From contig JBHLRZ010000002.1 in assembly GCA_048882045.1 (NCBI GenBank), positions 1 to 64,000 of the forward strand: a stretch of 64,000 bases of DNA. Direction: 5' to 3'. A program made the position numbers and the translations under genes. The notes beneath the pieces are model-generated. The model was given only the letters and a program-made list of their open reading frames with translations, had not been told where the DNA came from and made no database searches. The first letter of the stretch is position 1. The number at the start of each line of letters is the position of its first letter. The DNA is from Candidatus Thorarchaeota archaeon (lineage in GTDB: Archaea > Asgardarchaeota > Thorarchaeia > Thorarchaeales > Thorarchaeaceae). Positions 37,141 to 47,160 of this stretch are shown in pieces.

Positions 37141-37580
37141 TTCACAATCCACTACATTCACTTTGCAAATAAGTGTGAGTATGTGAATTGTGTATACCAT
37201 GATAAGAGCTACATAGTGCGTCTATACACATATAGGACTCGTCCACCCCGTTTTTGCTGTGCTGACGTCCTGTGAAGTCCATTTGACTACAAAAAAGGGT
37301 TATGCATCCTTATTTGAACAAATGAACACGATTCTCCTTTTGTTTCACTATTCACTAATTTATGGCCCTTGTGAATGAGTGTGTAAGTATTTCATATGTC
37401 TTCTTACTTGTTTCCAATGGAAACGAAGGGGTGTGTTCATTCACAGGCTTCATCGCACTTATCATCACCCCGTTCCATCCTTAAAGCAATAAGATGCTTG
37501 TTTTTTCTAGAGTATTCACAATATTGGCGCCATTCACAAGAGAAAAGTGTGAACTGATGTAGATATGAACAACCAGTGAA
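37141..37580. repeat. ~12 TTCAC/GTGAA iteron-like repeats plus one ORB
   Basis: TTCAC at 37141,37157,37344,37351,37440,37515,37533; GTGAA at 37183,37272,37371,37549,37576; ORB GTTTCCAATGGAAACGAAGGGGT at 37410-37432. Confidence 0.72.
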
Positions 37581-37593
37581 TCAGAAAGATACC

Positions 37594-38601
37594 CTATCCG
37601 AGAGGAATCAAGTAGTCTTCGGGACGTTCTCCTAAGATGAGATGCGAGTACTGACTACCAGTTCTATGATCTGTGACCAGCTCCATTCTTCCAAGTGCTT
37701 CAAACTGATCACCTGCAGAAACTTGTTCAGTGAATCGTCCGCGATAGCTTGTAAGTTCTTCAATTCCTATACGTTCATCATCACACTCAACATGGTATTC
37801 ACAGGGTGTGAATATCGAGTCCTGACTACTCAACACTTTTCCAGACACTTTCTGATACTTCATCATTTGATATGACAAATCTCCATAGACAAAGTCTAGA
37901 TCACTTGGAGTCTTTACTAGTCTAATGAAGAAGTGATATTCTCCAACCAGTCCCTGTAGCAACTTCTCTCTCTCAATTTCTAGAAGAACAGGACGTAAAT
38001 CAGTCTGTTGTCCCCATCTGAATGAAACATGTTCTTCAAGCAGTTGTCCTGAATATCTGGTTATTTCCGGAATGTTGTCAATTACTGAGCTGAGTCTAGA
38101 GTAAAACTGTCTGCATGCTTTCAATCCATAGATGACTAGATCGATGTCTGAGCCTTCGCGTGCTATACCCACTAATTGAGACCCTGTGAGTCCGATGTCA
38201 TTCCATTCGATTCCAGTCATTTCAATAAGTTTCTCTGATAATAAAATTGTACTATGTTGAAGAGGTGTCAATTCATCCAAGGTTTGCAGGTGAGTCAGAA
38301 ATTCCACAGGATGGAGAATTGTCGATACTTTTTCTCTTGGTACTGACTGCACAATTCTTCCGTGTGAATCACTGGTCCACAAGTACTCAGGATATCTCTC
38401 TCTGAGATAGATTTCTCGTTCACCAAGATCATACACTTTTTTGAATCCAGTACTTGAATCAGACGAAGGGACATATCGAAGATATGCAATAATTCGGTCT
38501 TTGGGGTGAATCACACCTTTCACTTCAAATACAAGACCTTCTGTTGTTATGACAAAAAATCCTTCAATAGGATCTTCGAGCACTGTAATCAACACAATCA
38601 A
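37594..38601 (-). CDS. Archaeal predicted nucleotidyltransferase (COG1665-like)
   Basis: F.VKG..HP.DRIIAYLRYVP, GLTGS.L.G......SDIDLVIYG, SYRGRF.EQ. Confidence 0.82.
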   Translation of the reverse strand: MIVLITVLEDPIEGFFVITTEGLVFEVKGVIHPKDRIIAYLRYVPSSDSSTGFKKVYDLGEREIYLRERYPEYLWTSDSHGRIVQSVPREKVSTILHPVEFLTHLQTLDELTPLQHSTILLSEKLIEMTGIEWNDIGLTGSQLVGIAREGSDIDLVIYGLKACRQFYSRLSSVIDNIPEITRYSGQLLEEHVSFRWGQQTDLRPVLLEIEREKLLQGLVGEYHFFIRLVKTPSDLDFVYGDLSYQMMKYQKVSGKVLSSQDSIFTPCEYHVECDDERIGIEELTSYRGRFTEQVSAGDQFEALGRMELVTDHRTGSQYSHLILGERPEDYLIPLG

Positions 38602-38645
38602 TGTATAGCATGGTATTAAAGCCGCTCGTCCTATGATAAATCATC

Positions 38646-39854
38646 ATGACTGACACACTTGACATCAAGCAAGATTTCCATATTTTTGATCAGTATCCAG
38701 ATTTGGTCTATCTTGATTCTGCAAGTACTACACTTGTTCCAAAACCTGCTGTAGATGCTACAGCAAACTTTCTGAACTCTATAGTAGTGTCTACTCGTCG
38801 AGGAGCACACAACCTTGCAGTAAAAGGTGGAGCAATTGTCGAAGATGTCAGAAAATCCTTGGCCAAATTTCTGACTACCGAAGGACCACAGATATCATTC
38901 CAAAAGTCGATTCCTAGTGCTATTGCATCAATCGTTTATGGCTATGATTGGAAAACAATGAACAAGAACAAAATCATAGTTACCCAAAGCGAAGAGAACT
39001 CTGTTCTTGTTGCACTACTACGAGCTGCTGAAGTACTCGGTCTCACAGTTGAAACAATTCCCATTGACACTGAAGGTATCATGTCTCTCAAAGTGTTGGA
39101 AGCGACAATAGATGATGAAACTGGTCTTGTAGCAGTCGGTCATGTAACACCAGGACTTGGAGTATACAACCCAATCAAGAAGGTAGCAAAAATTGTTCAC
39201 AAGACTGATGCACTTCTACTTACAGATGCAACTCGATCTGTAGGATTCTATGATTCGATTTTATCATTAGGTTCTGACATATTGATTTTCTCAGCCAACA
39301 TAGGCCTAATGGGACCTCCTGGCTTGGCTCTTCAATGGATAGACAAGTCACTAGGAGAGAAAATTCGTCCTGGAATACTTGGGGGTTCTGCAGTTTCTGA
39401 TGTTCAAACAAATTCCTTTGAGCCAGCGTTACAACCTGACAAATTTGAACCAGGTTTCTTGAACATACCTGCAGTAGCTGGACTGGGTGTTTCCTTGGAT
39501 TATCTCACAAACCTGTATTCTATTGGATTCTACACTCATATGAAGGTCCTATCAGAATACATGCAAAAAAGACTGACAGAAGTTCCTGATATCGTTATAT
39601 ATGGCTCACCTAATGAGAAAACGACTATCTTTGGATTTAACTTGAGTCCAGAGGTCGTAAACTGTCATGACATCGCTCTGTTCCTTGACGAATCAAACAT
39701 TGCAGTCCGGAGTGGTCTTATTTGTGCTCATCCATCGGTTCAAGCAGTAGCTAACGAGGGATTAATCCAGGCATCGCTTCATGCTTACAACTCAATTGAA
39801 GACATTGATCGTCTTGTAGACACACTCATAGTGATATCCAATCAGCTTCTATAA
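38646..39854 (+). CDS. SufS/aminotransferase class V-like protein with degenerate PLP site
   Basis: YLDSASTT, RGAH, D.TRS.G, GPPG, FEPG..N, AVRSG..CA; FSANIG replaces FSGHK. Confidence 0.85.
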   Translation: MTDTLDIKQDFHIFDQYPDLVYLDSASTTLVPKPAVDATANFLNSIVVSTRRGAHNLAVKGGAIVEDVRKSLAKFLTTEGPQISFQKSIPSAIASIVYGYDWKTMNKNKIIVTQSEENSVLVALLRAAEVLGLTVETIPIDTEGIMSLKVLEATIDDETGLVAVGHVTPGLGVYNPIKKVAKIVHKTDALLLTDATRSVGFYDSILSLGSDILIFSANIGLMGPPGLALQWIDKSLGEKIRPGILGGSAVSDVQTNSFEPALQPDKFEPGFLNIPAVAGLGVSLDYLTNLYSIGFYTHMKVLSEYMQKRLTEVPDIVIYGSPNEKTTIFGFNLSPEVVNCHDIALFLDESNIAVRSGLICAHPSVQAVANEGLIQASLHAYNSIEDIDRLVDTLIVISNQLL

Positions 39855-40097
39855 TGTAAATACAGGTGGATAGAAAACGAAGTACTGAACAATGATAGCA
39901 AGAAGAATACCACTAAAGACCAACCCTTTTCCTCTCTTATCGTTCACTCCAGTGAACCACAGAATGGCTCCTACAAGGACGACAACGAAAGCAGAGATAT
40001 TCCCGATAAAGATTAAGAAATCCCAGATTTCCATGAAGTACCCTGCAATTAGATTGGCAAAATCAGTCAGAGGACTTAGAATTGTATACATCCACAT
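39849..40097 (-). CDS. Small two-TM protein, TrbC/VirB2 (CedA1-like) pilin-like
   Basis: Helix-TM-short basic loop (NDKRGKG)-TM: VVVLVGAILWFTG....GKGLVFSGILLAII. Confidence 0.5.
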   Translation of the reverse strand: MWMYTILSPLTDFANLIAGYFMEIWDFLIFIGNISAFVVVLVGAILWFTGVNDKRGKGLVFSGILLAIIVQYFVFYPPVFTL

Positions 40098-40141
40098 TGG
40101 TTTCACACAATGATTTACCAGTCCTGCTGAATTTAAGGACC

Positions 40142-41965
40142 TCAAAGAACTGTAACTGACTTAGCAAGATTGCGGGGCTTGTCTGGATCATAATCTTTTC
40201 TTAGTGCCATATAGTAACTGAAGAGCTGCAAAGGAACAATATAAGGCAAGATAGAAAATTCAGGTTCCATTTCCATTGGGATTGTGAATGAATAATCAGA
40301 CAGATTTGCCAAGTCGTCATCGTTCTTTTGAATGACTGAAATGATAGTAGCTCCTCTAGCCTTCATCTCCATAATGTTTCCAATTATCCTGTTTCGAGTA
40401 TCATCGTTTGGAGCAATAAAGATGACAGGATATTCATCTTGGACGAGTGCAATAGGTCCATGCTTGGATTCCCCAGCAGAATAAGCTTCAGCATGATTGT
40501 ACGCTATTTCTTTGAGTTTGAGTGCACCTTCCTCAGCAGTTGCCATCGAGATACCCCGACCTAGGAACAAAAGACTTGGTCTATCATAGAAGAGGCCTGC
40601 GAAACTCCTTGCTTTCTCCTCGTTCCGTGAAATGACATCAGAAACAAGTTCGGGCATATTATACAAGGAATCACGTTTTCTCTTGATGGTTGATGCATCA
40701 CTGATTCCTGTTATTTCACCTAATGCTAGAGCGATTAATGCAAGAGAGGTCAATTGTACCATGAAGGTTTTTGTTGCTGCGACTCCAATCTCTGGTCCTG
40801 CCTGAGTAATTATTGTATGGTCAGCATAACGAGTAATCGAGCTTCCTACAACATTGGTAATCGCTACAACCTTTGTACCAAATTCTTTGGCGTATTTTAC
40901 TGCGGTAATCGTATCTGTGGTTTCACCTGATTGTGTAATAGCAATAATACAATCTTTCTTAGACAAGGATCCATAAACAGTATCCGAAAAGTCACTTGCT
41001 AATTCAAAAGTAGGGACTATCCCAGCAATTGATGCAAACATATGTCTTCCAGCCATTGCTGCATGACCAGATGTTCCCATTGCCAACATGTATACTTTCT
41101 CAGATGAGCTAATTATCTTAGCAGCTTCATTGATAGTTTCCGGACGAAGTCTTAGTGTGTTCCTAATCGATTCTGGCTGTTCATGAATCTCTTTCAACAT
41201 AAAATGAGGGTAACCACTTTTCTGTGCTTGATCTGCAGTCCAACTTATCTTGATTGTATCCCGTTCTACTGATGATCCGTCAGAGAGCTTTTCTATTCTA
41301 ATGTCATCTGTTGTCAGGGTTGCCAGTTCACCATCCAACAACAGAATCATGTCATTGGTCATCGGAAGAAAGGCAGGAATATCTGACGACACATATGAAA
41401 CCCCAGATTTTGTTCCAATGACTAGAGGATTACCATCACGTGTACATACCATCTTCCCATCTTCTTTCGTTGACATCGCTACTATAGCATATGTTCCTTC
41501 TATTCTCTTTGAAACTTCTTTTAGAGCCTCAGCAAGACCAAGCCCGTCTTTCATATAATCCTCAAGCATATGTGGGATTATCTCGGTATCCGTTTCCGAG
41601 TTGAACTTGTGTCCTTTCTCGTTCAGCTCTAATCTTAGTTCCATGAAATTATCAATCACACCATTATGAACAACAGCAATCTCATTGTGACAATCAAAGT
41701 GTGGATGAGAATTGAGCATAGATGGGGCACCATGAGTTGCCCAGCGTGTGTGGCCAATACCAATGAATCCTGGCATCTCATCAAGATTCAGTCTTTTGTG
41801 TACTTCCTCAATTTTCCCCTTGTCCTTCTTGACGTGTAGTTTGGCATCTGAAATAGTTGTTACTCCAACAGAATCGTAACCCCTGTATTCAAGACGTTTC
41901 AGTGCTTGGTGTAGAAATGGTGCCACAACACCTCGTTTCTGCACAACACCAATTATGCCACACAT
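40142..41965 (-). CDS. glmS: Glutamine-fructose-6-phosphate aminotransferase
   Basis: MCGIIG, LEYRGYDS, GHTRWATHG, SQSGET-like TQSGET, EGALKLKE, PRNLAKSVTV. Confidence 0.98.
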   Translation of the reverse strand: MCGIIGVVQKRGVVAPFLHQALKRLEYRGYDSVGVTTISDAKLHVKKDKGKIEEVHKRLNLDEMPGFIGIGHTRWATHGAPSMLNSHPHFDCHNEIAVVHNGVIDNFMELRLELNEKGHKFNSETDTEIIPHMLEDYMKDGLGLAEALKEVSKRIEGTYAIVAMSTKEDGKMVCTRDGNPLVIGTKSGVSYVSSDIPAFLPMTNDMILLLDGELATLTTDDIRIEKLSDGSSVERDTIKISWTADQAQKSGYPHFMLKEIHEQPESIRNTLRLRPETINEAAKIISSSEKVYMLAMGTSGHAAMAGRHMFASIAGIVPTFELASDFSDTVYGSLSKKDCIIAITQSGETTDTITAVKYAKEFGTKVVAITNVVGSSITRYADHTIITQAGPEIGVAATKTFMVQLTSLALIALALGEITGISDASTIKRKRDSLYNMPELVSDVISRNEEKARSFAGLFYDRPSLLFLGRGISMATAEEGALKLKEIAYNHAEAYSAGESKHGPIALVQDEYPVIFIAPNDDTRNRIIGNIMEMKARGATIISVIQKNDDDLANLSDYSFTIPMEMEPEFSILPYIVPLQLFSYYMALRKDYDPDKPRNLAKSVTVL

Positions 41966-42068
41966 CTCTAGGATACCTCATAAACTGTAGAAGTCCAATG
42001 TAGAATAGTGCAAAAAGGGTTTGTATCGTGTCACAATTGAACTGTACGACAGTTTGTATCAGAAAAAA

Positions 42069-42380
42069 CTAGCCAGTCAACTCAATTTCTATGTACACAG
42101 AGTCAGGAATTCGAACTCGCATTATCTGTCGGATCGCTCTTTCGTCAGCATCGATATCAATTAGACGTTTGTGAACCCTCATTTCCCATTTGTCCCATGA
42201 CTCAGAACCCTGACCACAAGGTGTCTTCCTAGTAGGAATCACCATTCTACGAGTGGGAAGTGGAATCGGACCTGCCATACGGACTCCTGTCTTACGAGTA
42301 ATCCTCTTGATTTGATTACAAACACCATCTAGATGTTCAGTGCTTGTGCTTGATAGTCTGATTCTTGCTCTTTGAGTCAT
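42069..42380 (-). CDS. rps10: 30S ribosomal protein S10 (uS10)
   Basis: [36 protein letters not shown]. Confidence 0.98.
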   Translation of the reverse strand: MTQRARIRLSSTSTEHLDGVCNQIKRITRKTGVRMAGPIPLPTRRMVIPTRKTPCGQGSESWDKWEMRVHKRLIDIDADERAIRQIMRVRIPDSVYIEIELTG

Positions 42381-42522
42381 ATGGAATATCCCTCACAGTA
42401 GGGGGTGTCCGAGGCTTCCCAAATGTGAACCGGATAAAAACCTTGTCTTGTGTAGGAGGAACTCTCAAGTTGGAGTAAAAGTAATGTCCATAAGGAATGC
42501 TCACAGTTGGACCTGTAAGTGA

Positions 42523-43323
42523 ATGCAATTGAAAGGTCTCACACTTGTGAAACTTGGTGGATCAGTCATAACACACAAAGGAGCATCTCCACCCACAATA
42601 AATGAAGAGAATATCATTCGTATTGCCGAGGAACTATCAACACACAAAGATGGTCTGATTGTGGTTCTAGGAGGGGGTGCTCATGGACATCAAGTCGCCC
42701 ACTCTTATGGTTTTGGAAATTCTTCCACAAAAAGTGAACGATTACTGATGGGAATCCCACATATACGTCACAACATGTCGATTCTAGCAATGGAGGTTGA
42801 ATCAGTACTAAATGACAAGGGAATACCCACAGTCGTGATTCCTCCATTTACTGTTTCGATATTAAAGAATAGAAAAGTCAAAACCTTCTCGACTACAATA
42901 ATGGAAAAAGTGCTAGAAAGTAAATCCGTAGTACTGACTCATGGAGACGTGTGCTTTGATGAGGAGAGGGATGCTTCTATACTAAGTGGTGACACAATCG
43001 CAGTATATCTTGCCAAGACACTTGCTACGAAATCAGTGTACATTGGAACCGATGTTGATGGAGTTCTAGATGACGATCCATCATTGAATCCATCTGCAAA
43101 GTGTATTCCGATTATAAATCAAACTAACAAAGATGAAATCTTGAAAAAAACAGGTCCTTCCAAGAACACCGATGTCACAGGCGGTATGTCAAAGAAGGTT
43201 AACGAGCTCCTTGAATTGGCAAAACATGATATCGATGTCGTCATTTTCAATTTGACTGTACCTGGTCGTCTAACATCCCTGTTATCTGGAAAACCAACTA
43301 TCTGTACAAGGATAATGCCGTAA
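42523..43323 (+). CDS. Isopentenyl phosphate kinase family, paralog 2
   Basis: VKLGGSVITHK, GGGAHGH, HGDV, ILSGD, TDVDGV, DVTGGM..K. Confidence 0.88.
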   Translation: MQLKGLTLVKLGGSVITHKGASPPTINEENIIRIAEELSTHKDGLIVVLGGGAHGHQVAHSYGFGNSSTKSERLLMGIPHIRHNMSILAMEVESVLNDKGIPTVVIPPFTVSILKNRKVKTFSTTIMEKVLESKSVVLTHGDVCFDEERDASILSGDTIAVYLAKTLATKSVYIGTDVDGVLDDDPSLNPSAKCIPIINQTNKDEILKKTGPSKNTDVTGGMSKKVNELLELAKHDIDVVIFNLTVPGRLTSLLSGKPTICTRIMP

Positions 43324-43324
43324 T

Positions 43325-46300
43325 TTATGAAATCAGTGTTGACACATTGTCGTCCATTGTCTTCACAATCAGATTGCTAGGTGTAGTAACATTGTCTTCG
43401 AGATATTCTGACGCAGTCAGAACACAGACAACCTTTGTAGATTTACACGTTCTACAAGCCACATCGCTGTGTAGATGAAGCAACGTATTCAGTTGCTGCT
43501 GATTTGGAAATATCACAAAAGATGTATCTCCAACACATAGATCATAGTATCCATGGTCTCTAGATACTCTCTCGTTTCGTTCTTTTAGAGCCATTTCTAT
43601 AACATGGACAGCACTTCTCTTCAAATTCTGTAGAACTGAGGAATTAACCAACCAAAGACCCTCATCAAGCTCTACAAATTGAGAACCATTTTCAACACGG
43701 AGTGCGATTAGGACTTCATCAGCCAACAGCTCTGTTAAAGCTCTCTTACCCTCCTCAATATTCAATGGAGCTGCTCTGCCTTTGAGAGACTGCAAAGCAG
43801 TTGTTTCAATGAATTCCAATAGGTCTTCCCATTTCACCTGACCGTTTGAGATATCAACCAAATCCTGAATCAGACCGAACCATAGTCTAATCTGAATTGC
43901 ACGATTTGTTGCTGATCCCACTTCATGCATGGCCTCAATCAGATCCGTTTTGTTTGTAGATTCAGTATCCTCTGTTAATTTGGATTGGACAGTAGATTCA
44001 CTGGAAAGATCGGAAGTACCACTCAAACCCTCGAGAATCGAATCAAGGGAGCTAGGAAATGCCGAAACTACGCTAACTTCATTGAACTCCTCAGAAGTGT
44101 CCATCATCTCTCTCAATTTTGCTGCCGCAACACTTCCTCTAACAATAACAAATAGTTCTCTTACACCATTTTGGAGTCTTCTCATCTGGTTCTTTATCTC
44201 ATCCAAAGTTGACTCCATTGAAGAAGCTCTCAGATGCTCTGGAATAATCACTATTGCTTTATCTTCAATGATGATATCCGGAAATTCTTGTATATCTGAT
44301 GATGTGATATCTTCTATCCCAAGCTTTTCATAGATGTATTCGACGATAACACGTCTTACTGCATTCAGAGCTTGCCCAGGAAGAGTAAACACAAATCCTC
44401 CCGGTACTAATGCCAAGGCCTCCCTTTCTACTGTTCCTAATGAAACAAGATTTCGAATAACTTCTGAAATATCATCATCCAAATTACTTGGATCTAACGT
44501 CGATAGTAGATTTCGAATCTCTTCCTCGGTCGCCCAACCTTCAGCAGCTAGAAAAGCCACTACATGTCTTCCCAATTTGTCAAGTCTATTGAACACGAGT
44601 GTCTGAGCTTCAACCACATGGGCTGGTTTATCATCATCCTTGGGTGAATCTACCGCATCATTAGCAGTTTCATTATAATCCAATATCGTTTCTTCACTTT
44701 GTGGTAGTACTACAGCCAGCGACTCGGTTTCTGATGGAACGATGAAAGGTTTGGTAGCAATTTCAAATGTTTGAGTATGCGGAATGCTCATCAATGCTCT
44801 TCCTCGTTTTAAGACTCGTAGATACCGTTCCTGTTGATCATCTATTGATAGAAACCTAGCACCAACCTGACTATCATAGGGCAGTCTGAACACAATCTTC
44901 GTTGAAGTGTTTGCGAGAATATTAGAAGATATGTTAGGTCGAGTTGATATCACAACTACTCCCTGTCCAGTTGCACGTTGGAGCATCACCATGGATTCTC
45001 CTGTAGTCACATCTGCAGCTGAATGCCTAGTATAGCTCTCAGGAACAAGATTACTGGCTTCTTCTAGAACTACAACATGGTGCAATCCATCAGATATTCC
45101 TCGTTTCATAGAACTGTCAAAGATTCTTTTGGCAACGAGATTGTAGAATAATCGGGCAGCATCCATTCCTCCAGTCCTTGCTATGAAACTCAAATCGAGA
45201 ATTACTCGTTTCTCGAGGAAACTCGAAATCTTTACAGCTTCAGATCCTCCTCGTAGTATAGACCCCAGAGGTTCTCTACTTAGAACCTCAAGCCGATTGA
45301 GAAGTGCGTCTCTCGTCATACTTCCTGTTCTGTCTTTACTAGCTAGTTCAGAAACCTTACGAAGAAGGGCCTGCACTGAATTGTCCTTATCTAATGAATT
45401 CACGACAGCACTTACTGAATCCCTGAGTAGTTTTTCCATTGCTGGTGAGAGTTCAGAGGAGTCCCCTCTCTCATTGAGTAGTTCCTTTAGAATGACGAAG
45501 GTCGAATGAGCACAATTTTCATCACCCCTCAGTTCAGGATCAATAAGATCTATAGTGAATGAACTGTCATGCCCCGGCTTCAAGACCGAAACTTCGGAGT
45601 CACTCAAGCTCACTAAATCATAATACTCTGATCCCTTGACATCGAAAATCCACCAAGGTATGTTTGTCTGACTACTCAACTGTGCCATAAGATGTTTCAC
45701 TAATGTGGTCTTTCCAGTTCCTGTAGCTCCTAAGACTGCAACGTGCTCCCTTAGCCACTCTGTTCTCAGTCCAACACTGGATAATTTGCGACCTCCAAAG
45801 ACAGTTTCTGCTATGACTAAATCATTATCCATCAGTTCCTTAGCCGGTACTGGAAATACTGGAGTAATGGCTGGTGCGATAACAGGTAGCTGTTGCATTG
45901 GAGTATTAACAAATGATGTTAAATTGGTTAAATGCAATCGCTGGCTCTTCAAATGTCTTCTAGAAAGCAACCTGAAAGCAGTACGTTTTCTGATTTTCCT
46001 GATGGCCAGTTTTATTGAATCACTTCCTCCCCAGATGGAGTACACAAGCCCAATGACACCATCCAAATCATGGGTAGTCTTTCTGTTGAGAGGGGATTTT
46101 ACAATGAAATACACAGTTGTATCAAACCAACCCACGCTGTCTTGGATTTCCTCATACCTAGTCAATAATCTCTTCTTAACTGCATGATCTTGAAGTGATT
46201 CCTCTCTTCGTCGTTCCTTATCCTGAATGCTTCTCCATTGTCCTTCCAGATTTCTCTTTTCTTTACCTGGTTTTGCAGCTGAAAAGACACATGTCATACA

Positions 46301-47104
46301 GGCCGTATATCCTTGTCTAAGTGCAGTAAAGATGAAGGTGCCAACCTGTGTTGTGTCGATTGATGGATAGGTTCGAGGATTTCCTTCTAGAAGCAACAGA
46401 GTTGAAGATTCAGAGTCTTCTACTGATTTATAATCGTCATTATTGAGAATACCATGGACGTGACTCGCAGCAACTTCCAGTAATTGATCACCCTCGAGGA
46501 GATTCAATTCAACATTGTTTAGAGATGCCAATAGAATGGCTTCAGTTCTAGTTGCTTCTCTTTGTAGAATATCCTTAATCTGTTTTACAGAATGACCTGT
46601 TGTTGTAATGAAGATACGTAAATAGGGCTCTCCTTTTGAAACTCCAGCTTCAAAAGCCATGTTGACTGACTTGTTCATTCCTGCACGCATAGCCAATAAC
46701 ATAGTTTCATTGTATCTTGGTTTGCCATTCTCATCTACATAGACAGAACCTGAAACAGACACAATATCCAAGCAACAAGTTCCGATGACATAATCATCCA
46801 GCTGAATTTGTAGGACATTACCATCTACAGAGATTAAAGGCGTCTGAAAACGAATTTTTCGAATAGTCAATAATGAACCTGTTAGAAGAGGTAGTATACA
46901 GATTATCATCTCTATTGACATCTTAAGAGGGATTTGAGGTTGTGCGACCATTCCAATGAGGGGTAGCAAATATACCACAAACAAATAGAACAGAACGATT
47001 GTTGTTTCAATCATCCAACTCAATCTTATCAAAGACCAAATTCTGGTCCTTCTGGAAGAAGAATCTGTTTTTGATTCATCTGCACTCGATAAGTAAAGTG
47101 GCAT
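43325..47104 (-). CDS. Large membrane-anchored HerA/VirB4/TraG-like ATPase
   Basis: Two N-terminal TMs; HVAVLGATGTGKTT; IFDVKGSEY; VVLEEA; ISTRP..S.ILANT.TKIVFRL; long C-terminal extension. Confidence 0.85.
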   Translation of the reverse strand: MPLYLSSADESKTDSSSRRTRIWSLIRLSWMIETTIVLFYLFVVYLLPLIGMVAQPQIPLKMSIEMIICILPLLTGSLLTIRKIRFQTPLISVDGNVLQIQLDDYVIGTCCLDIVSVSGSVYVDENGKPRYNETMLLAMRAGMNKSVNMAFEAGVSKGEPYLRIFITTTGHSVKQIKDILQREATRTEAILLASLNNVELNLLEGDQLLEVAASHVHGILNNDDYKSVEDSESSTLLLLEGNPRTYPSIDTTQVGTFIFTALRQGYTACMTCVFSAAKPGKEKRNLEGQWRSIQDKERRREESLQDHAVKKRLLTRYEEIQDSVGWFDTTVYFIVKSPLNRKTTHDLDGVIGLVYSIWGGSDSIKLAIRKIRKRTAFRLLSRRHLKSQRLHLTNLTSFVNTPMQQLPVIAPAITPVFPVPAKELMDNDLVIAETVFGGRKLSSVGLRTEWLREHVAVLGATGTGKTTLVKHLMAQLSSQTNIPWWIFDVKGSEYYDLVSLSDSEVSVLKPGHDSSFTIDLIDPELRGDENCAHSTFVILKELLNERGDSSELSPAMEKLLRDSVSAVVNSLDKDNSVQALLRKVSELASKDRTGSMTRDALLNRLEVLSREPLGSILRGGSEAVKISSFLEKRVILDLSFIARTGGMDAARLFYNLVAKRIFDSSMKRGISDGLHHVVVLEEASNLVPESYTRHSAADVTTGESMVMLQRATGQGVVVISTRPNISSNILANTSTKIVFRLPYDSQVGARFLSIDDQQERYLRVLKRGRALMSIPHTQTFEIATKPFIVPSETESLAVVLPQSEETILDYNETANDAVDSPKDDDKPAHVVEAQTLVFNRLDKLGRHVVAFLAAEGWATEEEIRNLLSTLDPSNLDDDISEVIRNLVSLGTVEREALALVPGGFVFTLPGQALNAVRRVIVEYIYEKLGIEDITSSDIQEFPDIIIEDKAIVIIPEHLRASSMESTLDEIKNQMRRLQNGVRELFVIVRGSVAAAKLREMMDTSEEFNEVSVVSAFPSSLDSILEGLSGTSDLSSESTVQSKLTEDTESTNKTDLIEAMHEVGSATNRAIQIRLWFGLIQDLVDISNGQVKWEDLLEFIETTALQSLKGRAAPLNIEEGKRALTELLADEVLIALRVENGSQFVELDEGLWLVNSSVLQNLKRSAVHVIEMALKERNERVSRDHGYYDLCVGDTSFVIFPNQQQLNTLLHLHSDVACRTCKSTKVVCVLTASEYLEDNVTTPSNLIVKTMDDNVSTLIS

Positions 47105-47160
47105 AAATTATTCCTCTTTGATAGCCTCTGGAACCAAGACATCGTACTTGTGCTCACCAT

